From a virus (Duplodnaviria; Caudoviricetes): a stretch of 26,989 bases of DNA. Both the position numbers and the translations under genes were made by a program. This document shows, one piece after another, positions 25,568 through 26,989 of the stretch (position 1 is its first letter; the number at the start of each line of letters is the position of its first letter). The DNA lies in IMG/VR virus record IMGVR_UViG_3300016472_000366, positions 1-26,989 of that record; one strand, 5' to 3'. The notes under the pieces were generated by a model. It worked only from the letters and a program-made list of their open reading frames with translations, searched no databases and was not told where the DNA came from.

Positions 25568-25882
25568 TCATGTTTGCCCCCTATTCACCCATCCGCGAGC
25601 CAATGTTTTGGCTTGCAATCTAAATGCCTGATACACGGCGTATTTCTCACCGCCATCGTTGATTGCCGCAAACTCTGCGTTATAGTCATATACGCTGTTA
25701 ATAATTTTAGCAACTAACTGGTCATAAGTATCATTAACTTCGCATACTGCTTCGTTTTGCTCCCACTGCATTCGTGGCTCACCGATGCTAGGTGCAGCGA
25801 CTTCTTGAGCATCCCAATGGATACGCAACTCTTGACCAGAAATCTGATATGTTGGAAGCTGCGTATTACTATACGTTTTCAT
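25568..25882 (-). CDS. Hypothetical protein (104 aa) translationally coupled to the RT
   Basis: ATGA overlap at 25879-25882; RBS GAGG. Confidence 0.65.
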   Translation of the reverse strand: MKTYSNTQLPTYQISGQELRIHWDAQEVAAPSIGEPRMQWEQNEAVCEVNDTYDQLVAKIINSVYDYNAEFAAINDGGEKYAVYQAFRLQAKTLARGWVNRGQT

Positions 25883-26883
25883 ATTCCATACCTCAATTGT
25901 TTTGGAAACAAATGAAACAACTTTTTAATATTGTTTCTCCACAAAAGTTTAGCGTTAACAGGCCTGCACCATCCCTTGTATGACATAATTCTGCTTCTAT
26001 TTCTGTCGCTAAAAGTTTTAATTTCTTTGCACGTTTGTTTAAATTGCTTTGCTATGCTCGGGCGCAATTTTGTTTTGCCTTGAAAAAATATATAGCCAAC
26101 AAAATTTAAACCTTGATGCAGCAAATTATAAATACTCCAATTTGGCTTGGTTTTTAACTTAAGAGTTTCTAATCTAGAAATCATTTTTTTACAAAGCTGA
26201 ACCAATTCATATCTACTATTATTCATGACGACGATGTCATCGCAATAACGAAAATATCCGGCAGGCTTTATTTGTTGTTTTATCCACCAATCAAATTTAT
26301 TTAAATACAAATTTCCTAGATGTTGCGATGTGTAATTTCCAATCGGCAAGCCCTTAGCACTATCAATAATGTTGTCTATCAACCATAACGTGTCTTCACA
26401 TTTAATTTTCTGCCGAACCTCATTTTTTAACTTGTCATTGTTCACTGATGGGTAATACTTTTCTATGTCAATCTTTAATGCGTACTTAGGCTTTTTTTCA
26501 CTGATGATTTTTTTCACTCTTTTCATGGCATCGTATGTTCCACGGCCAACAATAGATTGAAAACTGTCTCTTATAAAACACCTTGTAAAGATTGGGCCAA
26601 CTACATTTAATAAGGCGTGTTGCACAATTCTGTCTGGATAATATGGTAATTTGTGAATTGTGCGAATTTTTCTTCCGTCAGAACGCATACTAACAACATA
26701 AGGACTAGTCGTAAAAGTTTTATTCAGTAATGACAATTGAATTTCTTTTGCATATTGTTCCAGATCTTTGTTTACCATTTGCACTTCAGTGTAATAAGAC
26801 TTGCCTTTCCGCGCGGCAACATGCGCTGCCTTGATATTTTCAAGGCTTGTTATTTTTTCCCAAAGGTTTCCGTGTCGTTTCAT
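25879..26883 (-). CDS. Reverse transcriptase of diversity-generating retroelement (DGR) type
   Basis: MKRHGNLWEKI...AARKGK, PDRIVQHAL, LKIDIEKYYPS, GLPIGNYTSQ (DGR-type SQ), YFRYCDD, FVGY; about 334 aa with no maturase or endonuclease domain. Confidence 0.88.
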   Translation of the reverse strand: MKRHGNLWEKITSLENIKAAHVAARKGKSYYTEVQMVNKDLEQYAKEIQLSLLNKTFTTSPYVVSMRSDGRKIRTIHKLPYYPDRIVQHALLNVVGPIFTRCFIRDSFQSIVGRGTYDAMKRVKKIISEKKPKYALKIDIEKYYPSVNNDKLKNEVRQKIKCEDTLWLIDNIIDSAKGLPIGNYTSQHLGNLYLNKFDWWIKQQIKPAGYFRYCDDIVVMNNSRYELVQLCKKMISRLETLKLKTKPNWSIYNLLHQGLNFVGYIFFQGKTKLRPSIAKQFKQTCKEIKTFSDRNRSRIMSYKGWCRPVNAKLLWRNNIKKLFHLFPKQLRYGI

Positions 26884-26989
26884 TGCTGGGTACACCCACG
26901 CTGTTCGCTTTCGCTACCAAGCGTTATTGGGTTGACGTATTTGCCACAGCGGGCAGGGAATGTGCGCTTGTTTTTCACAGCAAGGTGCG
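26884..26989 (-). ncRNA. Putative DGR RNA spacer (3' end of the template repeat region) upstream of the RT
   Basis: Minus strand: TGCC-CGCTGT-GGCA hairpin; ACCC..ACGCT-TGGTA-GC-GAAA-GC-GAAC-AGCGT-GGGT stem-loop; TTGCTG/CAGCAA long-range pairing ending at the RT ATG. Confidence 0.5.

Noticed and set aside
1-25878. A DGR variable repeat within the window
   Set aside because: I found no second copy of the terminal sequence near 26989 and no C-type-lectin-like target C-terminus by eye; a self-alignment would be needed to exclude it completely.
447-25983. Numerous overlapping alternative-frame and antisense ORFs in the track (e.g. 9059-9775, 12978-13625, 15644-16360, 16732-17364, 18866-19483)
   Set aside because: They are shadows of well-supported genes in GC-rich DNA, with no RBS or recognisable motifs.
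25879-26883. RT as a group II intron, retron or Abi-type RT
   Set aside because: It has SQ rather than PQG...SP, no maturase or endonuclease extension, no retron NAxxH or VTG motifs, and only about 334 aa.

Overview
The window is a continuous stretch of a temperate, podovirus-like tailed dsDNA phage genome, probably of a Proteobacterium. It appears to be the free/excised form, because an intact attP is flanked by phage genes on both sides. Minus strand 1-17572: tail nozzle and adaptor, decoration protein, major capsid, scaffold, a 735-aa pre-toxin-TG-like protein, portal, TerL, DUF6378-like protein, TerS, an iteron/inverted-repeat origin-like region, metallophosphoesterase, primase-helicase and Cro. 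Plus strand 17664-24073: CI-like repressor, recombination module (AAA ATPase, DUF669-like SSB, Cas4-like exonuclease), degenerate HNH, RuvC-like resolvase, xis and a tyrosine integrase. The integrase 3' end is read antisense through a complete tRNA-His(GUG) that sits in attP, next to arm-type and IHF-like sites. Minus strand 24348-26989: lysis genes and an AT-rich DGR-type reverse transcriptase preceded by a structured spacer; the template repeat and target gene would lie beyond the right edge. Most notable points: the DGR-type RT module, a 19-bp palindromic operator dispersed at about 8 promoter or gene-start positions including late genes, the PT-TG-like head-module protein with a small operator-controlled convergent ORF, and the full tRNA inside attP/int. 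All family assignments come from motif recognition, not database searches.
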